Source: Narcine bancroftii (Eukaryota). From it: a stretch of 64,000 nt of DNA. The notes below the pieces were generated by a model. That model ran no database searches. It was not told where the DNA came from and saw only the letters and a program-made list of their open reading frames with translations. The DNA lies in assembly GCF_036971445.1 (NCBI RefSeq), contig NC_091469.1, positions 270,196,001 to 270,260,000 of the forward strand, read 5' to 3'. Numbering within the stretch: the first letter of the stretch is position 1; each line of letters opens with the position of its first letter. Of the stretch, positions 53,697 to 64,000 are shown piece by piece. The position numbers and the translations under genes were made by a program.

Positions 53697-54088
53697 GCTG
53701 ACTTCACTCCCCTTTCTGAGCCACGCTGACTTTACTCCCCTTTCTGAGCCACGCTGACATCACTCCCCTTTGTGAGGTGCGCTGACATCACTCCCCTTTG
53801 TGAGGTGTGCTGACATCACTCCCCTTTATGAGGTGCGCTGACATCACTCCCCTTTGTGTGAGACGTGCTGACATCACACCCCTTTATGAGGTGCGCTGAC
53901 ATCCCTCCCCTTTATAAGACACGCTGACATCACTCCCCTTTATGAGGTGCGCTGACTTCACTCCCCTTTGAGGTGCACTGACATCACTCCCCTTTGTGAG
54001 GTGCGCTGACATCACTCCCCTTTATGAGGTGCGCTGACGTCACTCCCCTTTGTGAGGTGTGATGACATCACTCCCCTTTATGAGCTCG
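53697..54088 (+). repeat. 28-bp minisatellite, 14 units, in the Gypsy 3' LTR
   Basis: Same unit as 49277-49643. Confidence 0.92.
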
Positions 54089-55384
54089 CGATTATTTAAA
54101 AAAACAGTTGGTAGTTGACTCTTCTCTGGTAAGCTGTGTTTCTTGAGCTCTGTAATTAGTACCACAAAAATTTCATAATTTCCTTTTTTTGCTTGATTGT
54201 TATGATATCTAGTTTATATGTAACAGATACAAGTCTTTCTTTTGTATATTTTCTTTATCATATATCTAGATTTTGATAAATATGGCTTGTTTTATTATTG
54301 CAAAATTTAATAAAAATATTGACTCAGCAGATTATGGCACATTTTGTAGAACTGCTATATCACAGTTCCAGTGACCCAGTTCACTCCTAATCTTCAGTCC
54401 TTCTTGTATGGAATTTGCGTGTTCTTTCTGCGACCACACAGACTTCCCTTGGGTGCTCTAGCTTCCTCTGTCATTCTCAAAAAAAGTCCAGATGAGCCTG
54501 TTAATTGGCCATTGTAAATTGTTCCTGGGTGTAGATGAATGGTGGAATCTAGGAAGAAATGATGGGAATGTAGAGAGAATAAAATGAGATTAGCATTGAA
54601 CATGGATTTCTGATGGTCAACATGTGTGCAGGCTTCAATCTGTCTTGTGTAACATGGACCCAGTACATGAAAGGGCTTGTTTTAGTGCTCCAATGACTCC
54701 AGAGAGACATGTCTAACTTTTCAGTTTAAAAAGAGCCACATTTAAGTTGTAGGTAAGTTGAAGGGTGGGTTGCATAAAGGTGTGAGAAACACAGCTCACT
54801 GACTAAATAATTTCTCAGTCAGTAGGTGAAGCGATATAACCTTTTCTTCAATGTTCTTGCAAGAGTCGGTCTCCTTCAGAGAAGGCACACACTGATATTC
54901 AACAATCTTATACATTTCTTTGTGTTAATAACCACTCCTTTGTTAATTCAATTGGTTAGTTAACTGAGTAATTGATATGTTAGTTTAACCTATCAAAAGC
55001 TGTTCCTCTCCTTGTCTTAAAGCCTGCCCAAGTTTACTTCTCCCATTCCCATGATTTTTGCAACCCCATCTCTTATTTATTCTTATCCTTATTTGGTAAG
55101 ATAGTTTGTCACATGTTCCTGTTCTTTCGCAGGCTTTTACTATATCAAGTTGACCTTGCCTGCAATCTCTTACAGGAACTGTCCTTCCTTTGTATTGTAG
55201 CAGACACCCCCTCCCCTTTTATTCTCTCACATCTCATTTCTGTACAGCCATTGTTAACACTGATAATTACATTTTGCTGAAACATCACTTTGGATAATTC
55301 TCACAATTCCCCCTTTTTCTATTTATCCTGCTGTATCTGCATCATTGGAGATAGTACCATAAAATGACTCCAATTTGGATAACA

Positions 55385-57229
55385 TCATACCACTAGTCTC
55401 TTCCATTTTCTCCGGGCTTCGTAGTCAAGTAGATACAGCTTATCCCATGCTGTCCCATCTTCTATGTCCCTTAAGGGCATTTGTTTCATAATTGCAGTTT
55501 CAATAAGCTGCTGTGTAAGCCTGTGCACACAGGGTATAATACAAAATTCCACAACAGTTAGTGAGGTGTCCACCCCAGAATTTTCGGCAAAATCCTCAGC
55601 CAGAGTGGAGAGGCACTGCAACGCTTTTGTAATAGTTCCATCTGGGGCTGTATTGTTTGGGATAAAAATACAGCATTTTCCACCTACATTACACATACTC
55701 CTCCTTTCTCTGCTAACATCATGTCTAGTGCTATTCTGTTTTCCCAAGCCCCTCAACTGGTGGCATCCAATTACTCAGTGATCCCCTTTACAGCATTCTG
55801 GATATAATTTATAAACTGCTGTTGATTTTAATAAATATAGTTTATTCAATCCACATTTTTATTAATAGTTACCCACCAAAAGAGGGTCGACTCAAACCCT
55901 GCTGCTATCTGATTGCGTGCCTAAAATTTGTTAGGTACTCCCCTTGGAACCCCAACTGAATCAATATAAATTTGGTTATCTAAAGATGTCCCAAGGAACT
56001 CCCTCTTACTTCTCTTTATCCCTATTACCTTCTCCTGTTCAAAAGCCATGGTGAAGGGTATGGCCAATTGAATGATTGCACAGATGCCCTTCCAATTTGG
56101 AGGAAGAATTGGTCTAAGGATTTTGCCTCCGCAGAACCACCATAGATCTGCTTGAGGTACATTCAAGGCTGAGTAGTTCCCTCCCCTCTCCTCCATCACT
56201 TCTTATACCTTTGTGCATAGTTGTAGCTTTCCTAGGTCCTTCGTGAACTTTCTACCTTGTCTTGAAATGCAAGCTGTGTGATTCCCTGACACACAGAATG
56301 CCAGTGGATTCCGGACATCCTTTGTCTTCAGAGGAGGGAACGTCAGGGACAGAGGTTTACAGGACTGGTTACCCCAAGCCACTCTATCCTGATACAAAGC
56401 TAACATGCACTTCATTCCTCATCCATCTTTACCCCACCCCAATGGAAGTGGAACTACCTGTGCTATTGGACGTCCAGAAGCACATGCATAGCAATTGCTC
56501 TTGTTTAAATTCTTCACTGTACGTTTTACCCATTCTACACAGGCATTTGTATCCCTATATCCCGTCTCAATCGTCTGTCTAAGGTCCTCTACCTCGACTA
56601 TCTTTACTATTTTCAGATCATTGGGTGGAGTATAGGGTTTCACGATGGGCATTATTGTGAAGGTACTATCAATTGGATTAGTCTTCTATGATTATTCTAA
56701 AACAACACGCCAATGGGTCCTTTTCCCTGATTTGTTTATCCCCAATCCAAATTGTTTTCCCATCTACCCCTTGCAAGTAGGTTTTTCCATTTATTTCCTC
56801 AATCCATGAGGTTCGTTTAATGGTCATATAGTCAGGATTACACTCTTTGTTCCTGCAGTTTGTGACATGAGGTCCTCTCCGAATTGATATCTGACTTTTT
56901 ATACGAGATCTTGTACTAGCCGTCCAGCCCTGGGTCTGAGTATTCCACCATATATCACTCCAATATGGGCAGTATCTATTAAGACACATATATTTCTCCT
57001 AAACATTATATCATCTCTGACTCTTGAACCCTCCACATTTTATTAAACTACAAGCATCTAACCCTATCGCCTGTGGTTTAGAACTCTCAGGGATGGTAAT
57101 GGTGAACTTTACTGGCCCTGAGGGCTTGACGATGGATTCCAATCCTCTCCCTATTGGGGTATGAATCCCATTAGCCCAACCCTGGTTCTCACTTACCAAC
57201 CCTATTCAGCATATCCACCACCATCTCAT
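55385..57229 (-). pseudogene. env: ERV env, disrupted by stops and frameshifts
   Basis: SU CxxC (SNCYAC), furin site KRSKR, TM segment YIDSVGVPRGVP...ARNQIAAGFES, KCCIFIPNNTAPDG. Confidence 0.85.
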
Positions 57230-57314
57230 GTTTCTTTCTACCAAAGGAGGAGGGTTGTACATAGGTATTTAACTTATGCTTCACAAACTATTCAAAGTCC
57301 TGGACTATTGACCA

Positions 57315-59040
57315 TCAATGTCTTTTCAACTGGATCTTGAGCGGATCTTCAGTGGGATGTATGTGCCAAGTTGACAGCTCAGCAGGGGTCCTTGGTCCTT
57401 TCACTTTGGTGTGATGTGTCCACCCTTTTTCTGCAGTTCTTATTGCCGTCTCAATGGTCAGGATGGTTAGAAATGGTCCCTCCCAACTTGGCTGAAGCTT
57501 GGCGTCCTTCCACATCTTAACCAGAACCTGATCACCTGGTTATATTTTGACAATGGCAAATTTGAGTGGAGGTGTCTGGGTCAACAGACCCTTTATCCTA
57601 AGAACAAATAAAGAAGAAGCGAGCGCCAATACATAGTTCCTTAGAAATTTGTCAGTGAATTCCACGGTAAGCAATTCTCCTTCTCTTCCCAAAAATGGCA
57701 GTCCGAACAGCATCTCATAAAGAGACAATCCAACATTCCTTTGAGGTGCTGTTTGGATTTGCAGTAATGCTATAGGGAAGCATTTAATCCTGGGTAACTT
57801 TCTTTCTAGCTCCAATTTGGACAATTGTTTCTTAAATGTCTGATTCATTCATTCTACCCGTCCTGAGGAAGGGGGATGCCATGGGGTATGAAAATCGCAT
57901 GTTATTTCTAACTTTTGCATTGTTTCTTGAAGTATCCTAGAGGTGAAGTGACTTCCTTGGTTAGAGTCTATGTTTTCCACCATCCCATAGTGTGGTATAA
58001 TGTGCTCTAAAATAACCTTTGATACTTCCCCCTGAAGTGGCCGAGGCCATTGGGAATGCCTCTACACATCCTGTCAGGTGCTCTACTAGTTTTAAAAGGT
58101 TCTTTTCCCTGCATACCTGAGGTAGTTCGGTAAAGTCTACCTGTATACTCTGGAAGGGCCTTATGCTAGGTCCCCTTCCTCCCCTTTGGGGTTCGCTTAG
58201 TATCTTTTTGTTAACTTTTTGACAGGTTAGACACCCTGCACATATCTGTTTTGCCATGGTGTATACTCCCTTGCTTCCATATTTCCTCAACACTATTTCG
58301 CACGTCACTTGTCTTCCCCAGTGACTCCCTTGGTGCAGGGTGGCCAGGACATTTCTCATGATGGATTTATTTATTAACTCTCTTCCATCTGGGAGAATCC
58401 ACTTCCCTCGTTCAGTGTTTACTGCCCCCATTCCATGGAATTCCTCCTCTTCCTCTTTAGTAAATATTGGTTTAGCTTGTTCACAGTGGGAACCCACATG
58501 TATATCTTAGAGATTTCAGGACTTAGGGTTGCCTCCTTTGCCATCTCATCTGCCATTCAGTTGCCTCTAACCTCTGGTGATTTGCCTTTCTGATAACCAT
58601 TGATATGTACCACAGCTATCTCCCTGGGCAGCATTAGGCTCAATAGTACCTGCTTGACCAGTTCCTCATGTACTAGCTCCTTCCCTCTACTGTTTACTAG
58701 CCCTCGCTCCTGCCAGATTTTTCCAAGGGTATGTACTACCCCAAAGGCATATTTAGAGTCAGTGTAGTTAGTTCCATCTTTACCGTCCAATTGTTTAAGT
58801 GCAAAATTCAGAGCGTACAACTCACAAGTCTGGGCTGACCAGGTGTTTGGTAACCGGTCAGCCTCAATCACTCAATCATTGCCATCTATTACTGCATACC
58901 CATTGTGCCTTTTTCCTTGGATTACTCAGGATGACCCATTGATAAATAACCATTCCCCTTCATGTAGGTCTCTGAGGTATGTGATAGGTCACCCCTCACC
59001 TTTGGTATTCTATAATGCCCAGACAATTATGTTCTAAGTC
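57315..59040 (-). pseudogene. pol: ERV pol 3' part (RNase H + integrase), disrupted
   Basis: WSAQTCELYAL, YTDSKYAFGVVH, HQGSHWG...CLTC, IQVDFTELP, LQPSWEGPF. Confidence 0.88.
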
Positions 59041-59929
59041 TTGTCCCTTGTTCTCCTCTGCTTAAATTTAAACTGCAAGCAAATTGGTATCTTATGTGGC
59101 TCCTGGACGAGTCCCAAATTGTGAGAAACACAGCCCACTGATTAAATAATTTCTCAGAGTCAATAGGTGAAGCGATATAACCTTTTATTCAACGTTCTTG
59201 CAAGATCGAGTCTCCTTCAGAGAAGGCACACTCACTGATATTCAACAATCATTTTTATACATTTCTTTGTGTTAATAACCACTCCTTTGTTAATTCAATT
59301 GGTTAGTTAACTGAGTAATTAATATGCTAGTTTAACCTAACAAAAGCTGTTCATCTCCTCGTCTTAAAGCCTGCCCTTGTTTACTTCTCCCATTCCCATG
59401 ATTTTTGTGACCCCAAGGACCCCCCCCCCACCCCCCACTTTTCTTCTCTCATGTCTCATCTCTGTACAGCTATTGTTAACACTGATTATTACATTTTGCT
59501 GAAACATCACTTTGGATAATTCTCACAAAGGTAACAATGGAGTCCAAGAAAAAAATGGGCGATGCAGAACCTGAAAGGGAGATGGTATGCTGGCGCTCAA
59601 GCAGATCTGAAAGGAACATAGTTATGCATAGTTCAAGTGGATCTGAAATGACAAAGGCTCAGTAGACTGTGGAGAGTGATCCACAGGAAAAGGGATGGAC
59701 AGAGCGCAGAGGAAAATAACCAGGAAATGTGCCACCATGGTATATTGAAGCAGTGGCAATAGGGCTGAGGTGAACCTATCGATGTGAAGAGATGTCACAT
59801 GTGGAGCCAGGACATCATACAGTGTAAAGCAGGAATGGGTTGACAAAGGCAACAAAGGCAGCTTGGTGTTAATGAAGACCTGAAAGGAAAATTGCAGTCT
59901 GGACGTGCAAGTACAGTGTAGGCAAATGG

Positions 59930-60265
59930 CCAAGTAGACCATGTAGGGTGAGGGCCAAGCAGACCTTGCGGAGTGCAGGCCCAGTGATCTGTGTGGGTGA
60001 GGGAACTGTATGGGGCAAGGGCCCAGCGAACTATGCAGGGCAAGGGCCAGTAATCCGTGCGGGGCGAGGGAACCATGCAGGGCAAAGGCCCAGCAATCTG
60101 TGTGGGGTGAGGGGACCGTGTGGGGCGAGGGGACCATGTGAAGGAGGGGATCCGTGTGGGGGAGTGGATCCATGTGGGGTGAGAGGATCCATGTGGGGTG
60201 AAGGGATCCATGTGGGGCAAAGAGATCCGTGCAGGGTGAGGGGATCCATGTGGGGATGAGGTCCC
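59930..60265 (+). repeat. Degenerate G-rich ~18-bp tandem repeat (GGGATCCATGTGGGGTGA-like)
   Basis: Visible tandem units at 60100-60260 and more degenerate units upstream. Confidence 0.75.
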
Positions 60266-60869
60266 AGTGAACCGTGAAATGCAGATCAAGAAATTGAAAG
60301 TGAGGGCAAGAGGGTGACAGTGACAATAATCAAGGGGGACTTTAACCTATCACATATCTTTTGTTTTGTTTTCATCATAACCTAAAATATGAATTTTGTG
60401 GGATATAGATAAGAATATTTTCTAGATCAGTTAAGAGACAGTTTAAAAGATATTTGGACAGGTACATAGGCAAAATTTAGAGCAATATCGGTTAAATAGA
60501 GACACGGGACTAGACCAGAAAGGCAAGTTGGTCGGCAAGGATGAGTTGGGCTTAAGGCCTGTTTCCATATGGCAGCCACTGGAAACTCTTGCCATTGCAT
60601 GAGCTCTTGAAGTTTACCTTTGATTAACTAAACGTATAGCGTCCAGTCAGTTGCACCCTTGCTATTGGTCTTGCAACTGACTGGACACTTTGATGAGAGC
60701 GTATCCATGATCACCACTTACTGGCACCTTCTAATTAATGCAGCAACACATTCCATTCTGAAAAATACTGCAGATCTCACCTATGATAGCCTGGAAAGAG
60801 ACAGATGCACAAAAGCATGTATGCTACTATGAAGTGACATTCTGGATAAATAGCTCTTGCCCGAGAGAA

Positions 60870-61450
60870 TAACAACTGTAGATGCTGAACTCTTGAGTGA
60901 ACAAAGAGTTGCTGGAGGGGCTCAATGGGCCAGGCAACATCCATGGATGGTTTAAAAAAAATATATGGTCAGTCAACATTTCGGGCTGGGATGTTTCATC
61001 AACTCTGGGGAGGGTAGAGAGCAAGTACATAAAGGAGTACAAGGGGAGAAGGGGCAATGTGTGAAGGACAGAACAAGGTGGATCAGATGGAGGTACAGGT
61101 AGAACAAGAGACCATTGTGGTGGGAGGGGTGGGCACGTTGGAGAGAAAGTGAGAATGGGAGCAGATAAAGGAGAGATGGAAACAATGGAACTGGGGAGAG
61201 GTTGGGATTGCCTCAATATTCATACTGTTGGGTTTAAGGCTGTCCAAGAAGAATATGATTTGTTGTTTCTCGAATTTACATCCCCTGCCCCCCTCCCAGC
61301 AAAGGAAGCTGAGGACAGGCTTGTCTGTATGGGAATGGCTGACAACCAGGAGTTCCAGCCTGGAGCTTCAGATGGAGTGCAGGTGCTCAGCAAAGTGGTC
61401 GTCCAGTCTGCATTTGGTCTCACTAATGTAGAGGAGGCCACACCAAGTAC
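60870..61450 (-). mobile_element. Penelope-like element remnant (GIY-YIG end)
   Basis: Minus-strand CGLLYISETKCRLDDHFAEHLHS at about 61375-61443. Confidence 0.75.
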
Positions 61451-62879
61451 AAAGATTACTCCTGACATATAATTAGCAGATCAAGTTTGCTTTGCTGCAG
61501 AGATAGAGAGCTAAAATTAGCCATTATTTTATCATCCTTGTTTCGATTGACTTCGCACTTGACTGTTCCAGTGAGCCACTTCCAATTCTTGTTCAGAACC
61601 AAACCTGAACTCATACTGGTAAATAAAATCCACTCAGTGCAGAAGCAATTAAACAATTGGAAGAGAGTTCGAAGGCCCAAGAAATTCAAAATACCGTGAA
61701 TTTGAGGGATGACTGATGTTTGTGGTGCACAGATACACTTTGTTCTAGAGACAGGATAGAGTGAGCAGGACACAGCAGTGTGCTAAAAACTGTAAAATTC
61801 CTCAGCAATCTATTTTCAGCCTGCGTCCAGAGAATGAAACAGTAGCAGAGCTACACGACTGCCAGCAGATCACTGCACATTGTCTACCCTGTCCCTAGAG
61901 AGGACAGCTGGCATGAAAGTTGAGGATGGTGAACTCCCTCATCAAGGAACATCATGCCTAAAAATGGCCTCTCAGACAGTGTGTTTATCCATTCTCCGGA
62001 GTTAGGTAATCGAGACTCTTCCTTCATCTGAGCCTGGGAAAGAACCTGAAGCTGACCCATCTTGGGCAGGTGTTGCTGATGGGCCGTTGAAGATAGATTC
62101 AAAGAGAATGGATTGAATGCAGTCACAGGATCAGGATGTCAAAAATCCACAGGTAAGATTGAGACACAGGAAAGGTGCAGGGGCATTAAGGTTGAACTAA
62201 TAAGTTGTATCATGACAGTTGAATTTGGATCTAGAATTGGAAGTTTGCGTGTCTTTCCAATGCAGCTCTTACATAATTCTATAGAACGGCTGTTGGTTGT
62301 GGACCCATTGTTAACTCTTATGGCGATTTCTGTTAGATATGTTGGCTTTACCTCTTGAGCATGCACCAAACAGATGGAAATTGGTTGGATGTTGCATTTG
62401 TATCTGTTCGATGTCAGTTGTGTGGGTCCTTGTAGCAACAGATTTTGTATGGTGTCTGTTGGATATAGACTGCAAGTCATGTGTATAGGTTTCATGATTA
62501 TAACAAAACACAGTTATCAGCAATTGTTTTAAAATCCCAAATGGAATTGAATAATAGATTTATTATTACAATATTTGCATAAATGAAAGGAAGCTTACTT
62601 TATCCAATTATGCTTTAGAGTAATTTTTAAATAAACAAACTTTATCTTTTAGTTCACAAAAGTAAGGTCACATTAACCACACAACTATTAGGAATAATCA
62701 TTCACAATATTAGCAGACAAAAGCTTAATAACTTTTATGATATTCCATCTCTACTTTGAGTTGTTTGCAGATTTACTTAATTTTCTCCAAAAATACACAA
62801 TGCCATAGATTTTCTTGCTATATATATATATATATATAAAATGTCATTTTACCTGCTGAGTCACTGTCAAATCTCACAA

Positions 62880-63140
62880 GATTCCCATCAGTCCCTCATA
62901 TTTTTTCCATGTAACCTATTCTCTCTCATATTTCCATCAACCCTTTCCTGATTCTCCTATTATCTTCCCATACACAGGTAATTTACAAAAGATAATTAAT
63001 CTACCAGCCAGCATGTGTTTGGGAGGTCGGAGGAAAATGAAAGATCCAGGGAAAACCCAGGCAGTCATAGGAGAACACGCAGACAGTATCAAAGTTCTGT
63101 AGCAAACCAAGGTTGCAGGAGCTGTGTGGCAGTAGAACTC
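62880..63140 (-). mobile_element. SINE remnant in the putative EPS8L2 3' UTR
   Basis: ggaggaaa...ccaggggaaaacccaggcagtcataggagaacacgcagacag core. Confidence 0.5.
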
Positions 63141-63596
63141 ACCCTACAGTGAGATACACAGTCAGCATTTGTCCATGAATATTGCCCAGGACAGATCCTG
63201 ATCTGCGAGTTCAGAAGCCAGCTACCATGTTGGACTACCATGTTGTTGTTTCACAATTATTAAGCAAATTACGTCTATTCTGTGTTCGCTTGGCTTCAGG
63301 TTTTGGCAACATTGTTCCACAAATATTACAATAGCTATGTATGCATGTACATATAAAGAAAGGAAGAGATTTCAATGTTCATATGGAATACATATTAATA
63401 CCTTATGCAAACTATATGACTGCCTGAAAGCCATGCAAATTCTGAATATGAATTTACTTTAGAAATTACAGGAATAAAATACACAAATAATTAATGTTCA
63501 TTATTAATTTCTATAGAAGGGACACATCCCTCTCTATTCATACACATTCATTCATCTGTTTTACTGTCTGGCTGCTGAACAAATGGCTGCAACATT

Positions 63597-63668
63597 CTAG
63601 TTGCTTGAATCAATCCTCTCTTGCCTTCGTTTCATGATTTCTTCCAACTCTGTATCACCTCGATGTTT
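63597..63668 (-). CDS. EPS8L2: EPS8-family gene (probably EPS8L2), last coding exon KHRGDTELEEIMKRRQERIDSSN*
   Basis: ctaattcacag acceptor, 72 nt to TAG. Resembles the EPS8 C-terminal SELQEIMRRRQEKI. EPS8L2 is the same-strand upstream neighbour of TALDO1 in human. Candidate AATAAA at 62564-62559. Confidence 0.75.
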   Translation of the reverse strand, partial: KHRGDTELEEIMKRRQERIDSSN

Positions 63669-64000
63669 CTGTGAATTAGAATACAATATAAAGTTCATGA
63701 CTTTTCTTACCATAATTATATATGTCCCAAAAGATTATAGTGCTGCTATATAGCGAGCTAACAAAAATCTTTCAGGAATTCTGTGGTCCTTTGCTACCCA
63801 TAGAACAGCAATGGAAGTGATTTAAACAAACACAATTCTCCTGAAAACAGTTGCTGAAAAAAAAAGTTGAAACCAATGAATCTTTAGGCAGATATACTAT
63901 GTCTTGAACATCAACTTGATTTAGGGAACTAAACTTTTCTTTCAGTCAGGATACAGAACAATCTAAAGGCTGTTGTGAGTACAGTAGTTGAAATCTCTGC

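Larger units (their letters stand above)
49132..54169 (+). mobile_element. Full-length decayed Gypsy/Ty3 LTR retrotransposon
   Basis: 5' LTR about 49132-49730 and 3' LTR about 53513-54169. PBS TGGTGACCCTGATG (49732-49745) is the tRNA-Trp PBS TGGTGACCCCGACG with CpG decay. gag KLPTLW..P..WFQQAEAQF, protease LLVDTRAQ, RT YLDDIL (about 51422), RNase H PLAFFS..YSFFDRELLAIY, integrase, and a G-rich PPT at about 53489-53510. Confidence 0.92.
54781..59527 (-). mobile_element. Class I (gamma/epsilon-like) endogenous retrovirus with gag-pro-RT deleted; RNase H, integrase and env remnants remain
   Basis: LTRs at 59120-59527 (5') and 54781-55305 (3'), each TGTGAGAA...TTCTCACA. 4-bp TSD AAGG on both sides. 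PBS at 59117-59100 matches the tRNA-Pro PBS at 14/18. PPT AAAAAGGGGGAAT adjoins the 3' LTR. Confidence 0.93.

Noticed and set aside
49277-54088. 28-bp repeat arrays as CRISPR arrays
   Set aside because: Units are head-to-tail with no unique spacers, lie inside paired LTRs, and the context is eukaryotic with no cas genes.
59622-60326. 234-aa and 164-aa Pro/His-rich ORFs
   Set aside because: They are by-products of an 18-bp G-rich tandem repeat that is open in several frames on both strands; no splice or domain support.
61456-62523. Minus-strand ORFs of 70-118 aa as further exons
   Set aside because: They lie beyond the EPS8-like stop codon and candidate poly(A) signal, and have no recognisable domain or consistent splice phases.

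Overview
Vertebrate genomic DNA, most likely an elasmobranch (shark/ray), judged from the repeat content (HE1-like SINEs, CR1, Rex1/Babar, RTE, Penelope remnants). Three protein-coding genes lie in tandem on the minus strand. (1) The terminal coding exon of an EPS8-family gene, probably EPS8L2 (63597-63668). (2) A complete 8-exon transaldolase gene TALDO1 (46814->30482, 339 aa). It has a CpG-island promoter with about 10 CCAAT boxes, two in-frame start codons separated by an NLS-like peptide, and a perfect extended antioxidant response element in intron 1. (3) An uncharacterised secreted-protein gene, reconstructed here by hand as 10 phase-consistent GT-AG exons (26157->2683, 451 aa so far, running off the left edge). 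It joins an unnamed Cys-rich N-terminal region (CCW...DLGKRSD...NAPP...LRVPQNC) to a ZP-N domain. Between EPS8L2 and TALDO1 sit two LTR elements: a decayed full-length Gypsy retrotransposon whose LTRs carry 28-bp CRE-like minisatellites, and a class I endogenous retrovirus with both LTRs, a 4-bp TSD and a tRNA-Pro-like PBS but no gag-pro-RT. All coordinates were read by hand; repeat boundaries are approximate unless a TSD or TIR is quoted.
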